A stretch of DNA of 64,000 nucleotides from Vitrella brassicaformis CCMP3155 (taxonomy: Eukaryota > Protista > Chromerida). A program made the position numbers and the translations under genes. Location: positions 168,341 through 232,340 of the forward strand of contig CDMY01000973.1 of the NCBI GenBank assembly GCA_001179505.1, written 5' to 3'. The notes under the pieces were generated by a model, which saw only the letters and a list, made by a program, of their open reading frames with translations, made no database searches and was not told the DNA's origin. This document shows, in pieces, positions 1 to 19,300 of the stretch; within the stretch, counting starts at the first letter, position 1; every line of letters begins with the position of its first letter.

Positions 1-722
1 GCCTCCTGCGCCCCCCGTCGACCCTTTGGCGGCCCTTTTCGCCCAGGCGGAGTGCCCCATCTGCATGGAGCCCCTCCGGCGGCGCAGAGACCCCCACCGG
101 GAGGCCAGGCAGAAGGAGATCGAGATGGAGGGCAAGAACGACGCCAATGAGGAGGAAGACAAAGACAAGGACAAGGAGGCGGCGGGCGAGGCGAGTGAGC
201 CCGCCCCTGCCGCAGCTGCAGCGGCGGCTGCTGCTGCTGTTCCTGGTGGTGGTCGTGGGAGGGGGGCCAAGAGAGCGGGGGGCGCTAGAGGGAAGGCGAA
301 AGGCCGGGGGCGGGGCAAGTTGGCGGGTGCCGCTGCTGTGGCGGCGATTAAGAAGGAAATCGAGGAGACCGAGGAGGTGCGCTTGAAAAGCACAGCCCTC
401 CCAGGAGGGGGATGCCAGTGTGTCTGATTTCTCTTCTCTGTCTGCCGTGTGGTGTGTGCAGAAGTCTGGCCGCCTCGCATCCACCACGTGCGGCCACGTC
501 TTCTGCGAGGTGAGACTGACCCGACCACTGTCAGTCAGTCAGTCAGTCACCATCCTGAATAGGTACCCTTCTGTCTGTGTGCGTGTGTGTATGTCTGTCT
601 GTCTGTGTCTGTGTGTGTGTGTCGATTAGGAGTGCATCCAGCGGCAGATCAAGGAGAACCGCATGTGTCCTGTGTGCCGCAAAAAACTGGCCCTCAAGGA
701 CATGCACCCGCTCTTCCTCTGA
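1..722 (+). CDS. 3' part of an RNF4/Slx8-like C-terminal RING E3 ligase (exons ..1-376, 462-509, 630-722)
   Basis: Spliced translation CPICME...KSGRLASTTCGHVFCE|ECIQRQIKENRMCPVCRKKLALKDMHPLFL*; GT-AG introns 377-461 and 510-629 keep frame; resembles the RNF4 C-terminus. The 5' end lies outside the window. Confidence 0.75.
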
Positions 723-1505
723 GCGACTCAAGCAAGGCACCCAGGCAGGCACGGTCGCAGCACGGCACACACGTGCATGCGTCAGAGTGCGGCCACCCTA
801 GCAGCAGTAGCAGCGGGCTTTTTGGTGCAGTGGTTGGTGGGCAGGCCTGCTTTGGCTTGGTTAAACGGTTTGGCAGGTGGTGCATGTGTGTGCGCCGGCA
901 GATAGCTGCTAGGCACGATGGTGTAGTTGTGTACCGACTTGATTAACTCGTGTGGGTGCAGGGGTGCGTCTCCTTGCGTCTGCACGGTGGGTGGGTAGCT
1001 GTGTGTCTGCTGCGTAAATGTGCACGTCTGAGTGTCTAACTGACTAAGTGAGTGGGAGATGCACCGCCCCCACCCCACCCGTGGCAGAGAGGTTGCTCCA
1101 TCTTCCATCGATGGGCGTTTTTGGACAGGTGGATGGATTGGTTGATGGACGGTTGGTTGGTTTGTGTGCCATGCATGTCTTTCATGTGTGTCGTGCACCA
1201 AGTGGGGAAATTTAAACCATTCATTCACCATCCATTTGAACAATCTGCTTGTTTCCGCGTCAATCAAGATGGATGTCTCCTTTAGGCATCATGTCATGTC
1301 ATGCACACACCCCACCAGCCACATGGGGAGACCAAGTGAGTGGCCCACACCAACAGGGAAACGCGCGTCACTCATTCAGTCAGTCAGTCTGCTCATTCAC
1401 CCACTCACGCCCACCAGCCCACCACACACCTACCCCCACATAACCACCCACCCCACCTTCTCTCTGCCCGCAGCTCCGAGCCGCCTGACTGACCAATCCG
1501 CGCAC

Positions 1506-2468
1506 TCAGGGGTAGAAGGGCCCGGGCGGTCTCGCTCCTGGCTGCTGATAGGGGGCCATGTGTCGCGGCGGGGGCGGCATGTGCACCGGGGGATAGACAT
1601 TCTGAGGGTTGTAGGGCTCGTCATACTCGAACGGCTGGTTGCCCTGGCCCATGGTGCTGCTCATGACGGGCGGTGGGCGGGGGGGGGTGAGGAGCGGGGG
1701 TCGGTGGGAGAAGGGGGAGGGGCCGGGAGGGTACATGGGGGGCGGAAACATCGGCCGATGCGGCGCGGGCTGCAGCCGGAGTCGGGGCTGCTGGTATTGC
1801 TGCTGCTGGGGGTTGCTGTTGTTCAGGTGCTGTGGGTTGCTGGTGCGGTGCTCCACCTGTGTCTTGACCTGCTTCATGTGCTGCATGATGATCGACATCA
1901 GGACGCTCGGCTGCTGCCGCATCACCGACGCCGACGGGCCAATCGCCGGCGGCTTGACCTTCATGCCCTCCTCGAACGGCACCAAGTAGCTGCGGCCGTC
2001 CGTCACGCTCCACACCTTCTTGTCGGTCTCCTTGAGCTTCAGCCCCAGCGGCTCCAGGGTCTTCTGGATGACGTTGAGCGTCTCCACCGTCCGGAACCCT
2101 CCCGAGTTGAGGACGATGTCGCCCTTCCCCTTGCTGACCTTGACCACCTCGGTGTCGTAGAGCTTGACGATCAGGTCACCCTCCACGTTGTAGAAGCACT
2201 CGCTGTGCATGACGCCCCGGTCCTCGTGAGACTTCTTGCCAGGCCGCTGCGGCGCTCTGCCGCCTCCCGCGTATGGCCCGCTCTGCGCCGAGTAGCGGCT
2301 TCTCTGGGAGCGGAGCGGGCGGCCGCTGCCATCTCGGTGTGGGCGAGAGGGGAAGAGGGAGCGTGGCGGGCCGTTGGACTGGTCCATGGCATGGTGTGCG
2401 TCGGTCGGTCCGCCTCCCTCGTCCTTGATGATGTCGTCCAGAGACTTGTCAAGCTTCTCGCTTCCCAT
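1506..2468 (-). CDS. Apparently intronless 320-aa protein: N-terminal UAP56-binding-like motif, central globular domain, Q/P-rich tail
   Basis: Begins MGSEKLDKSLDDII (Aly/REF-type UBM); central LYDTEVVKV..GDIVLNSGGFRTVETL..PFEEGM domain; single open frame 2468-1506. Confidence 0.75.
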   Translation of the reverse strand: MGSEKLDKSLDDIIKDEGGGPTDAHHAMDQSNGPPRSLFPSRPHRDGSGRPLRSQRSRYSAQSGPYAGGGRAPQRPGKKSHEDRGVMHSECFYNVEGDLIVKLYDTEVVKVSKGKGDIVLNSGGFRTVETLNVIQKTLEPLGLKLKETDKKVWSVTDGRSYLVPFEEGMKVKPPAIGPSASVMRQQPSVLMSIIMQHMKQVKTQVEHRTSNPQHLNNSNPQQQQYQQPRLRLQPAPHRPMFPPPMYPPGPSPFSHRPPLLTPPRPPPVMSSTMGQGNQPFEYDEPYNPQNVYPPVHMPPPPRHMAPYQQPGARPPGPFYP

Positions 2469-2594
2469 GGCGATGACGGCAACGAGATGAACCAGGAACC
2501 AACAGACAGGAGAATCGGTCCACGCCTCGGAGCAAGCCAAGAAGCTCGCAAAAGTTGAAGTTTCGCTTCTCTCGTTCGTCGGCTCGGCTGCATA
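2469..2594. promoter_or_regulatory. Candidate compact bidirectional promoter (126 bp between divergent ATGs)
   Basis: Divergent start codons at 2468 (-) and 2595 (+); promoter function is inferred. Confidence 0.5.
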
Positions 2595-9365
<6,771 letters not shown>

Positions 9366-10941
9366 CAGACAGGCGGTCGGTCGGTCGGCCGGTCAATCCC
9401 ATGGTTTTTTGGGACACCCACCCACCCATTCGCACGACGATTTGTCCGTCTGCATCTACACATACCGCCGATCTACATCATCAGTCAGTCAGTCAGTCAG
9501 TTTCTATCGATCCTTCCGTCCATTGAGCTTTTCTTTCCCCGCTGTGTGTCCTCTCCGCTCGTCACTTTTGCCTGGCAGTGCTGCGACCCTGAATCACACA
9601 CTATCATGCGCATGACCACCCATCCATCCATCCACTGCACATACCTGTGTTGAACGTGCAACGACCGACAGACGCGAAAGCCAGGCAGCTGCCGTGTGTG
9701 GCACGATGTCGACTGAGTACAGTGGGTACGTTCATGAGTGCGCGCGTGTGTTTCGTAAGTGCGTGCGGGCGTCTGTGGCTGCCGGCAGTTATGCAGGCAG
9801 GACGGCAGGCCGTGTGTGTCCATCGGCACACGAACGAACGAGTATGCGTGTTGTCGTGATGTGTGTGTGTGTGTGCGGACCCCCCCCGTCGGTGTGTCAA
9901 GGTTGTGGGTGTGTGTTTTGCGCAGACACGAAGGGAATTGGTGACCGGTAGCTAGTTTTGGTGCTGCTGGACCCGACTCGACCTGACAGACAGGCAGGCA
10001 GGCAGGTCACAAAGAAGGAAGTTCTGTTTTTGGTGTGTCGCGTAAGTGGATGGCGTGCAGTTGACGGTCTTTTTCTAGTGCCTCTACATACAGACACACA
10101 CCCAGCTGGTCGGCAAGCGGCGTCGACCGACCTTCACGCGACCTGTCTGTCTGTCTGCCCAATGCGTGTGTGCATGTGTGTGTGTCGATCGGTCTTCTGT
10201 GCTTGCGTACTAGTCACGATGTTATGTTATGTCATGTGCTGTGTCGTGTTGTGTTGTCATGTGATGTGATGGCTCTCGCCACGCCTCCCCAAGCGCCAGC
10301 CACGTGTGCCTGCCTGCCACAGGACGTCACCGGTCTGTTTTTTGCCGAGTGACCGGCAGGCCGGAAGGCAGGAGCGGCCCGGCCGTGCATGTGCACTGTG
10401 TGTTTGTGGATGTGCGTATGTGCGTGTCTGTTCTGGCCCTAGCCTTTTTTTTTCACAAGCATCACAGGGCGCCCACGGGTGCGGGACCGATGCTTGCTTA
10501 AGCTTCCTTTCCTCTCTCGTCACCTTTTTACTCACTCACGTGACCCTCTGCTGACCTGACGTGCGCACATATGTACCTCCTGGTGTCCGTCCGTCCGGCT
10601 GTGTACGTGTGGTGTGTGCGCTTTTTGACGCGCACACACGGATGTCGGAGAGAGAGCTTGGTTTTTAAGAGAGATGCAGTGTGTGTGTGTGTGTACGAAG
10701 CTAGTGGGCCGGTAAGGCAGTGCAGTCCGTCAGTCAGTCGGTCCGTCAGCACGCACATGTCGATCAGCTGTTTATCCAGATACGACAGGTGCACTTGTGT
10801 ATGTCTGGTACAGCGCACATCCAAACAACCCGGACACTCTCCTAGCCAATCCGATCTTGGCCAGCAGGACGGCGCACTCGCCCGTTCCTTGCTCTTTTTT
10901 CTTCCCCCAGCGGTTTCCGCGTACCCATAGCAAGAGTAGAA

Positions 10942-13143
10942 ATGGATTTGGTGGATACCACGACGCAGCACCCGGCTGAGCAGCGGCCTCTCTCCGAGTC
11001 GCCCCAGGGCGCATCGGCCAACGCGTCGGCGTTGCTGGATTCCATCCGCACGAAGGACGGCTATGACCAGGCGGTGGCCGAACGAGGTCTTCAAGCCGTG
11101 GAGGCCGAGATCTCTGCCGTCATGACCCAGATCTCCACCAGCATCGCCACAGCTTCCGACAGCACTTCGCAGCTGCTGCAGCCACTCGTCCAGCTGGTTT
11201 CCCTCAGGCATGTGCCGTGCATCTCCCAGAAGGCCATCGATGCAGACATCCTGCCGCTGCTGGTGGAGCAGCTGGGCGACGACCACCCTCCCGACCACCA
11301 GCAACAGGCGGCATCCGCACTGGACGACATCGCATCCCCGCCTACACTTGGCGTCGGGCCAGAGGTGCAGGCCGTCATCAACGCGGGTGTCGTTCCGCCC
11401 CTCGTGCAGCTGGTGTCGTCACCCGATGACGGCGTGTGTGTGGCGGCCATGAAGGCACTGGCCAATCTCGCCAACCCGATGCTCCTGGGCGAGCAGCGCG
11501 GCCACATGCTGCAGCTGGGCGTCCTCGCACGACTGCAGACGACGATGCGCGAGAGGACAGCCTTCGAGGTGCTCCGCTGCGGTGTAGACCTGCTGCGCGG
11601 ACTGTTCCTCCTGAACTACGACCCACCCGCATTCCACGAGATCGGGCCCTTCGTGCCCGTCCTGGCCAACATCATCCGCACCCACACGCCCAACCAAGAT
11701 GACCATCTCCTGCATGGAGCCATGTGGGCGCTGGCGGCCATCAGTGACGGCAGGGACGAGGATGAGCATCGCGAAGCCGTGGTGGCGACCGGGGTGTGTG
11801 AGCAGCTGGTGGGGCTGCTGGCGGAGAAGTGGGGTCTCATTCCAGAGAACGCGTTAACTGTGTTAGCCAACATTGCACAAGGTCAGTTGCCCTGACGCAG
11901 AGAGGGAGGGGAAGGAGGCCCATCGCTTGGTTGTGTGTCCATGGTGGTGTCCATGCAGGTACCGATGCCCATCGAGATATGCTGGTTGGGTATGGTGTCA
12001 ACCAGCGGCTCAGCCAGCTGCTGCAGCCACCGGCGACCAACGAGATCATGCAAGAGCAGAGGCATCCGCGCGCTGCGTCTGGCGCAAGCGCACGACGCTG
12101 CCTGTCGTGTCCTCCTGATCATCGTCTGTTTGGGTGAGAACGAATGCATACCAGCAATTGTCCCTGACAGATGGCATTCGTGTGTGTGTGTGTGTGTTTC
12201 TGCGAGTGAAGGGACGAGTGGTTACGTCCAGACGGTCATCGATAATGGAGTCATGCCGCACCTGCTCGACATCATTACGGCGGACAACATGTACGCCGAG
12301 AGCGGCCTGACCATGAACATCGAGTACATCGTCTGTGGAGGGCTGCCACGCATCAAGCAGGCTGCAACACAGGCCATAGCCAACCTGGCAAACAAGGCAT
12401 CGCAGCAACAGGTAGGTAGCTGCGGGATGCGAGAACGGATCGTATTTCTTCTTCTGCCATGACTCATCCATGTGTCCAGGGCCAGTGTTTGGTCGAGTAT
12501 GGGTGTGTGCAGCGCCTCTGCGGCCTCCTGGACACCACGGATGACCCAAACGTCCTCGTGGTGCTCAGCAACATACTCGCGTAAGCAGACCACTCACAGG
12601 AGCACGGCAGGATATGTGTGCATGTGGATGTGTCTTCAGCCATGGCAGGGACAAGCAGGTAGCCGAGGGCCTTCCCCACAACCCCTTCAGCCAGCTCATT
12701 CGAGAAGTGAGTGACATAGCGACAGACAGACGCACAGTGTGATGGTGGGCTCTCCCCCTGAGGTCATGTTTGTTTGCACACGCAGGCTGACGTTAGCAGG
12801 TTGGTGGCGCTGCAGACACACGACAAGGAGGACGTCGCATTTGAGGTAGGGATGCAGAAGCAAGAAGAGACATCGACCACAAAGTGCCTGCCTGTTGTTG
12901 TGTTATGCGTTGATTGACGCAAATCAGGCAATGAGGATTCTTTACTACAACTTTCCCGACCGTGGTGACACGGATCGCTACGAGGCCGCTCGGGCCGCCC
13001 GCCAGCAAGGCCAGCAAGGCGAGAATGACGACAGTGATGGGGTGGCCGATCTCGACACCGACGTGGACGACGACGATAGCGAGGAAGAGGGGGAGGGAGG
13101 TGTGGAGGGGAATGGAGGGGCAGACGGCCGAGCGGAGGGGTAG
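10942..13143 (+). CDS. Armadillo-repeat (importin-alpha-like, no IBB) protein with acidic tail, paralog ARM1
   Basis: ARM repeats (VQAVINAGVVPPLVQLVSSPDDGVCVAAMKALANLA; VVATGVCEQLVGLL); C-terminal D/E-rich tail; similar to paralogs at 51-63 kb. Confidence 0.85.
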
Positions 13144-13992
13144 TCAGTTAGCCGACTTCATGCCATTGCAGCAGAGCCATAGATGGATGGATGACAGAGG
13201 GGAGGGAGAGACGTGTAGCGTAGCTGACGGCCGGACTCATCGTGTGTAGAAATGACTGCTCGCTGATGTGTCAAATGTTCATGGTCACGAAGCGGGCGTG
13301 CACGTGTCTGAGTCGGGCAAGAATAATGACACAGCGAGGAGACAGAACCCGACCTTGACAAGGATGCAAACGCCTGAGATCATATTTGCGTCAGTCGGCC
13401 TCCGTGTGAGGGATTTATCTGGGGTGTGCCTCTCGGGCGTGCACGAGAGCTGCAAAAGCATATATGGATCGGCTGAATCAATCCATATATCGGTCCGCCA
13501 CGCGCAGACAGAGAGACACCACGCACACGCATCCATCCATCGATCCATCCATCAGTCACTCTCTCTCACACTCTATCACGCACGGGCAGGACAACACGGC
13601 AGTCAGTCGACGGACGGAGCGATAGTAATCAACACACACACACACAGACACACATGCAGATGGACAGACAGACGGAGACAGACAGCATAGCACACGGGGA
13701 TCGGCAAGGGAGACGGCCAGACAGACGGGGAGACAACATCACACACGATGGGGGGCAAGAGGGGGAAGGGCACGGCACAAGGCATGTAGACATGTAGACA
13801 GATAGACGATTAGTTAGATAGACAGGCATCGACACATCATCGATCGCATCGCTTTAGACGCCTGCGTGGGTGCATGGGGGCCCATGCACACACACACACA
13901 CATATACACATATACACATCTACACGGGTAGGGGTGCATGGCATGGCATATGGGCGGACGAAAGGATGAAGATTACCCTCGCAGAGAGAGAG

Positions 13993-14023
<31 letters not shown>

Positions 14024-15484
14024 TGGACAGAATGACCGGCGTGCGATGCTGGCATGCAGGCAGCGAGAGCCTGCCATAGCAAAACGGAGCATACAGGCAG
14101 GCAGGCAGGCAGGCAGGGAGGGAGCGAGACGTGGAGAGACCTACCCGCAACTAGAGAGAACACAGAGAGACGTACACGCACGCACTAGAGCCGCCGATCC
14201 ATCCATCCATCCGGGCAGCCTATGGGCCGTCCGTCGTCCGTTTGGGTAGAGAGGGCGATAGCATACAGACTGATATGATGGAGAGGGGGAGAGGGTGTGA
14301 GTAGGTAGGTAATACTAGAGAGATATGGAGAGGGGGACAGGCAGTCATGGGGAGTGTGTGCATTGCAATGCAGTCCATGCATCCATCAATCCATCCTAGC
14401 AGCGAGAGGGGAGACGACAAAACCTAGTCTAGCCTAGCCAGCACACCACCAGCCCACCGATAGCCACACCAAACGATCCACCCATCCATCCATCCATCCA
14501 AAGATCCATCCAAAGATCCATCCCATCTACTCAGGCCGCCCCGCCTCCGCCCCTCCTACTCGCCCATCTACAGTACCAGGGACAACTGTCCACCACCCAC
14601 ACACCAAGCACACATGAGACAGAGAGACACAGAGAGAGAAAGAGAACCGCTCACACCTTCACTCAAAAAAATGACATCTGCTCATCGACATGACGACGAT
14701 CACGACACACCGACCGACCGACCGACCCTTTCCCTACTACGCCGACACGGCACACGGCACACGGCACACCAACCAAGCAAACAAGGCCGGAAGGGGTCCC
14801 GTGGAAATTCAATGAATGGATGGCATGCCGTGTGTGTGATGGATGGTGGTCAGCATGAAAAATACATTGAACGATCTTCGAGAAGCGACACGATTATCAA
14901 CATACATCTGTAGGTAGGAGGCTGTACACAGCGAGACAGACAGACAGACAGACGGGCGACGAGAGAGCGATCAGGTAGTGGCGAGACGGATGGACGGACA
15001 GGTCGGCAAGTAGGCATACGCGGCGCAAGCTTGCGAAATAGCATGGTGACAGTACCCTTAAGATGTGTGTCGGATCTGTGTCGGGTGTGTGTGCGTGTGA
15101 TCAAAAAGTGCCACTCACGCACACATGGGTGCACTCATCATACAGGATGCAATGCCATGTGTGCCTCTCTCTTACGTGGATGGCGTGAGATGGGTGGCTG
15201 GGTGGGTGGAAAGCAGTGGGTGAGTGAGTACGAACATTCTTCTTCTGTCTGAGACCCCCAGAGCAATCGAATCAGTCTCTCTCTCCCGTGTCGATGGATG
15301 CCTGAATGCGTACGCAAGAAGGAGCCGCCAAAAAAAGGAACCACGCAGCTTCACTCACTCTATCACACGTCGGGCGGGGCGGGGTGGCGTGGGGTGGGGT
15401 GGGTGCCATCTATCCATCCGTCACCGTCTGCCATGTCATAGATGCAGACCGATCGATGCACGACACGAGCCCGACCACCCATTC

Positions 15485-15784
15485 NNNNNNNNNNNNNNNN
15501 NNNNNNNNNNNNNNNNNNNNNNNNNNNNNNNNNNNNNNNNNNNNNNNNNNNNNNNNNNNNNNNNNNNNNNNNNNNNNNNNNNNNNNNNNNNNNNNNNNNN
15601 NNNNNNNNNNNNNNNNNNNNNNNNNNNNNNNNNNNNNNNNNNNNNNNNNNNNNNNNNNNNNNNNNNNNNNNNNNNNNNNNNNNNNNNNNNNNNNNNNNNN
15701 NNNNNNNNNNNNNNNNNNNNNNNNNNNNNNNNNNNNNNNNNNNNNNNNNNNNNNNNNNNNNNNNNNNNNNNNNNNNNNNNNNNN
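15485..15784. other. Assembly gap (300 N), intergenic
   Basis: N run followed by poly-C. Confidence 0.99.
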
Positions 15785-16362
15785 CCCCCCCCCCCCCCCC
15801 CCCCATCCATCCATCCATCCAGGCAGGCCGGCCGGCCGGCCAGCCGCTCTCCCCCTTTCCATCCCTCCCCTCTCCCATGCATACACACCTACATCCATCC
15901 ATCCATGTACGCAGCCATTGCGAGGTGAAGTAGCGTGCGGGTCATGCGAGTGACATCGCCACCTTTTTGCCGCCTGCCGGCCGGCCGGCAGGCGACGCAG
16001 CGTGTCTGAGCAGACATACAGGCACACCATCTATCTCACGCGTGCAGGTGCAGGCAGACAGATGGACGAGTTAGTTGGTGAGGGCAGTGGGCGCATGGCA
16101 TAGCATATACACACATCAACGAGCATGAGCAACATAGACAGCAACATGTCACGTCACGTCATGTACCTACGAGTAAGACACTCAGCCAGTCTGTCTCTGT
16201 CTCTGTCCCCGTCTGCGTGGTGCTCCCACCCTCTACCCATCCATCCCTCCCTCCCTCCATCCCTCGATCCATCCGCGTACAGACACTATGAAAGAGATGC
16301 TATCTGTCGTCTGTCTGTGGCTGAGAGACCTGCGGGAGGGCCACTCGAGTCACTGCGGTCGG

Positions 16363-19300
16363 TCAAACTGGAAAGGGTGGCGTCGCCCCGATGATGAGGG
16401 GGATCTGCAGGCCCTCCGTCACAACCTCAGACTCCCTGCAAGCCAACCAGTCACACGAGTCACACAGACAGCCATGATTGATCACGTGCATCCACATGTG
16501 CGGCTTTATTCGCTCTGTACCAGATGTAGGTGAACTTGCCGACAGTGATGGAGTACAAGAAGAGCCGATCACCTGATCAAGCAGGACACACAGGAACAAG
16601 CGCGGTCGCACAGGGAGGTTCCAATCTGTCTGTCCAAACGAGTGTGTGACGCACCAGCATCGTCTATAAAGTCAACCCCGAGACCGAAGTCCTCAGTCTC
16701 GACCTCGGCCGACCCCTGTGGGATACCGTCACCTCCCACACCAGCGCCCACTTGCACGTACGTCACGCCCAGAACACCGAAACCCACTTGGATGAACACC
16801 TCTGTCGAAACCGAGTCGGGGAAATCGCCTGAACGAAGCACAACACACACAATGCAAGACAGACAAAGACAGACTCATAGAGAGAGCGCTTTCCTCCCAC
16901 CGTTGAGCACGAGCTGATAGCCGTCGGCCCAGTTACCTAATCACACACATCACAGGACACACATAGTCGGACAGGCAGACGTGACAAAGGCGGCATCTGT
17001 GTGTGTGTGTGTGTGTGTGGTTGTGACCCTGGAAATCGGTTTCTCTCTCGTCGAAGTCTCTGAGCACTGAGAACTGGTAGCCGAGCACACCAGTACTGAC
17101 GGCGTATTCTGTGTCGTCGACGTCGGTACCGACGGCCACGGCCACCGACTTGTAGCCGGCAAACACCTCAGTCGCCAGCTCTTCGTCATCATCCACTGAC
17201 GGGTCTTGCACATCGTCGAAATCGTGCCTGCAGCAAACATGCATGCCACAATTGATTGTTCACAATCCGCCACACCGGGGGATGCACGGACGCAGGGGAT
17301 GCATGTGGTCCTTTTTCTCCCTCTCTCTCTGCCTCTCTCTGTACGTGTGTGTGTGGGGGGGGGGAGGGGATAAAGAGTGTGGTTCACCCACCTGACGGCG
17401 ACCTCGGTGTTTCTGACTTTGACTCTTTGACCGTAGTCGCGATCGAGGATATCCACATTGGTACCTGACTCGACGCCACGGGCAACGACCTCGACGGCCG
17501 TCTGCCTGTCGTCCAAATCTTGATCGACCTATCCATCATACACACACAGAGAAGCAGGCAGCAAATGATTGACTGTGAGTGCGTCTCTCTCTCGTGGCTG
17601 GTGCTGTGTGTTTGGTGGGCATACTTACTCGCACACTGTAGGCCCCGTACGAGACACCGACACCACCTTCCAGATCGCTCTCATCGGTGGACACCGACAC
17701 ACCGAGCTTGCCCCACCCCGTGTTGACCGATGTCTCTCGGTCAGCAAAACCGATACCAACGCCCACGAAGCCAAAGTCGTTGCCGACCTGCACCGCCGTG
17801 TCGCCACCCGCCTCAAAATCTCGCCCCCACTAAGTGACGAAAAGAACGACACAAGATGGACACAAATGAGATGGGCCGATTGCCTCCTTCCCTCACTCTC
17901 TCACCTGTACGGCCCAGTTGTCGTAAACAATCTCATTGGAAAGCTCAGTGATCAGCGTCTGCTGGTCCAGGTTCCACGGGTTCTGCGCCGTCACACCGAG
18001 GGCTGTTGGAAGCGGGCCGACCCTGCCGATGATTTGACCCTCGATCTCACCCACAGCAGCCGGTTTCCCCACCGCACCTCGCTTGTCAGCAGTAGCGGTA
18101 GGCACGGCCACAGCCGCCTTTGGTGGCGGCTTGTAGGGCTGCTGAGACTGCTGCTGCTGCTGTTGTTTGGCTGCCGATTTGTTGTCCCATGACTGCAGCC
18201 GCCGTCTCCTCCTCTGCAGGAACTGCTGGCTCCACGAACACTGCTCGTCCATGGATGTCCGGTTGGGGAAGGTCGCCATCATGCACTGGATGCTCATGCT
18301 GTCATGCTCTTCGAAGGCCATCGGCTTCATCGAAAAGACGATCCGGCCGGGCTCCTGCGTGTGGACGGTGAAGTTCATGAGCTCCTGGCTGGTGGGGCAG
18401 CCGTTGAGCACCAGGTGGTGCACACACGCGGGGTTGCTGCTCTGATAGCCCTCGGGACATACTGATGTCCACAGCAACGAACCAAGCACACCGTATATGG
18501 TGTCTGCTGTACCCATCGGATGCACACGTGGCCCAATCCTCACCTGCGTCACACAGCATGGGCCACGGATGAACGGCGCCGCCAACCACCGTTGACTCGA
18601 ACACATAAGAACTGCACAGTAATGGAGCAAAGGGAAGACAATGCTCGTCCATCCATCCATCCATCCGTCGGCTCACTCACTCGTCCTCATGGGCGATAGC
18701 GAGGGTCATGTTCTCGCCAGCCATGAGCTTGCTCGACAGCACGTGCCCCTGCGCCACCGGCTTGACGTCCTTGCCCAGCGGCTGCTTCCCCTCAAAAGCC
18801 CGGATGGCCTGCGCCTTATGCTCCCACTTGGCCGTCGGCGTGCACTTGCCGGTACTCTTCTTGCAGGCACAAGTCACAATGGCGTTGTTCATGGCGCCGT
18901 ACACCCGCAACACATTCGAGTGGTAGACGTATTGGTCGGTCTCGGTCTTCGAGGTGGCGCACTGCTTGGTTGAGAAATCTGCGGAAGCGATCAGCGCCGA
19001 AGCCTTGCCGGAAAAGAAGTCCTCAACAAAGGTCGCCCGGCAGGCCGGGTCGGCGGTGTTGTTGCGAAAGCCCCCCCGCCTCTCACCCTCCAGCACGGGG
19101 TCTCCGTGGACAGGGATGGCCGCAGTCATCTTGATGTCGCTGCACCATGCCACGGGCGGCAGCGTCTTGGGGACGCCCTTGGCCTTCAGCCACTGCTTAG
19201 CCGACCGAGGCTTATGGACACTCTTGCCACTGCCATTGTCGTCCTTTGTTGACGAGGCCGTCACAGTGCCGTCCCTGTTTTGCCGCCGAGAGCGCCTGTC

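Noticed and set aside
1164-2558. 464-aa plus-strand ORF
   Set aside because: Antisense shadow of the GC-rich minus-strand gene; low-complexity translation with no motifs.
13870-13889. 20-bp near-perfect palindrome gtgcatggg-gg-cccatgcac; TGCATGC ApiAP2-like cores here and at ~44803
   Set aside because: Single short occurrences are expected by chance in this composition; no positional enrichment is evident.
13200-16100. Many 60-140-aa ORFs rich in CV, TH, DR and MDG
   Set aside because: Translations of (GT)n, (CAGA)n and (GATG)n microsatellites; no splice-consistent coding signal.
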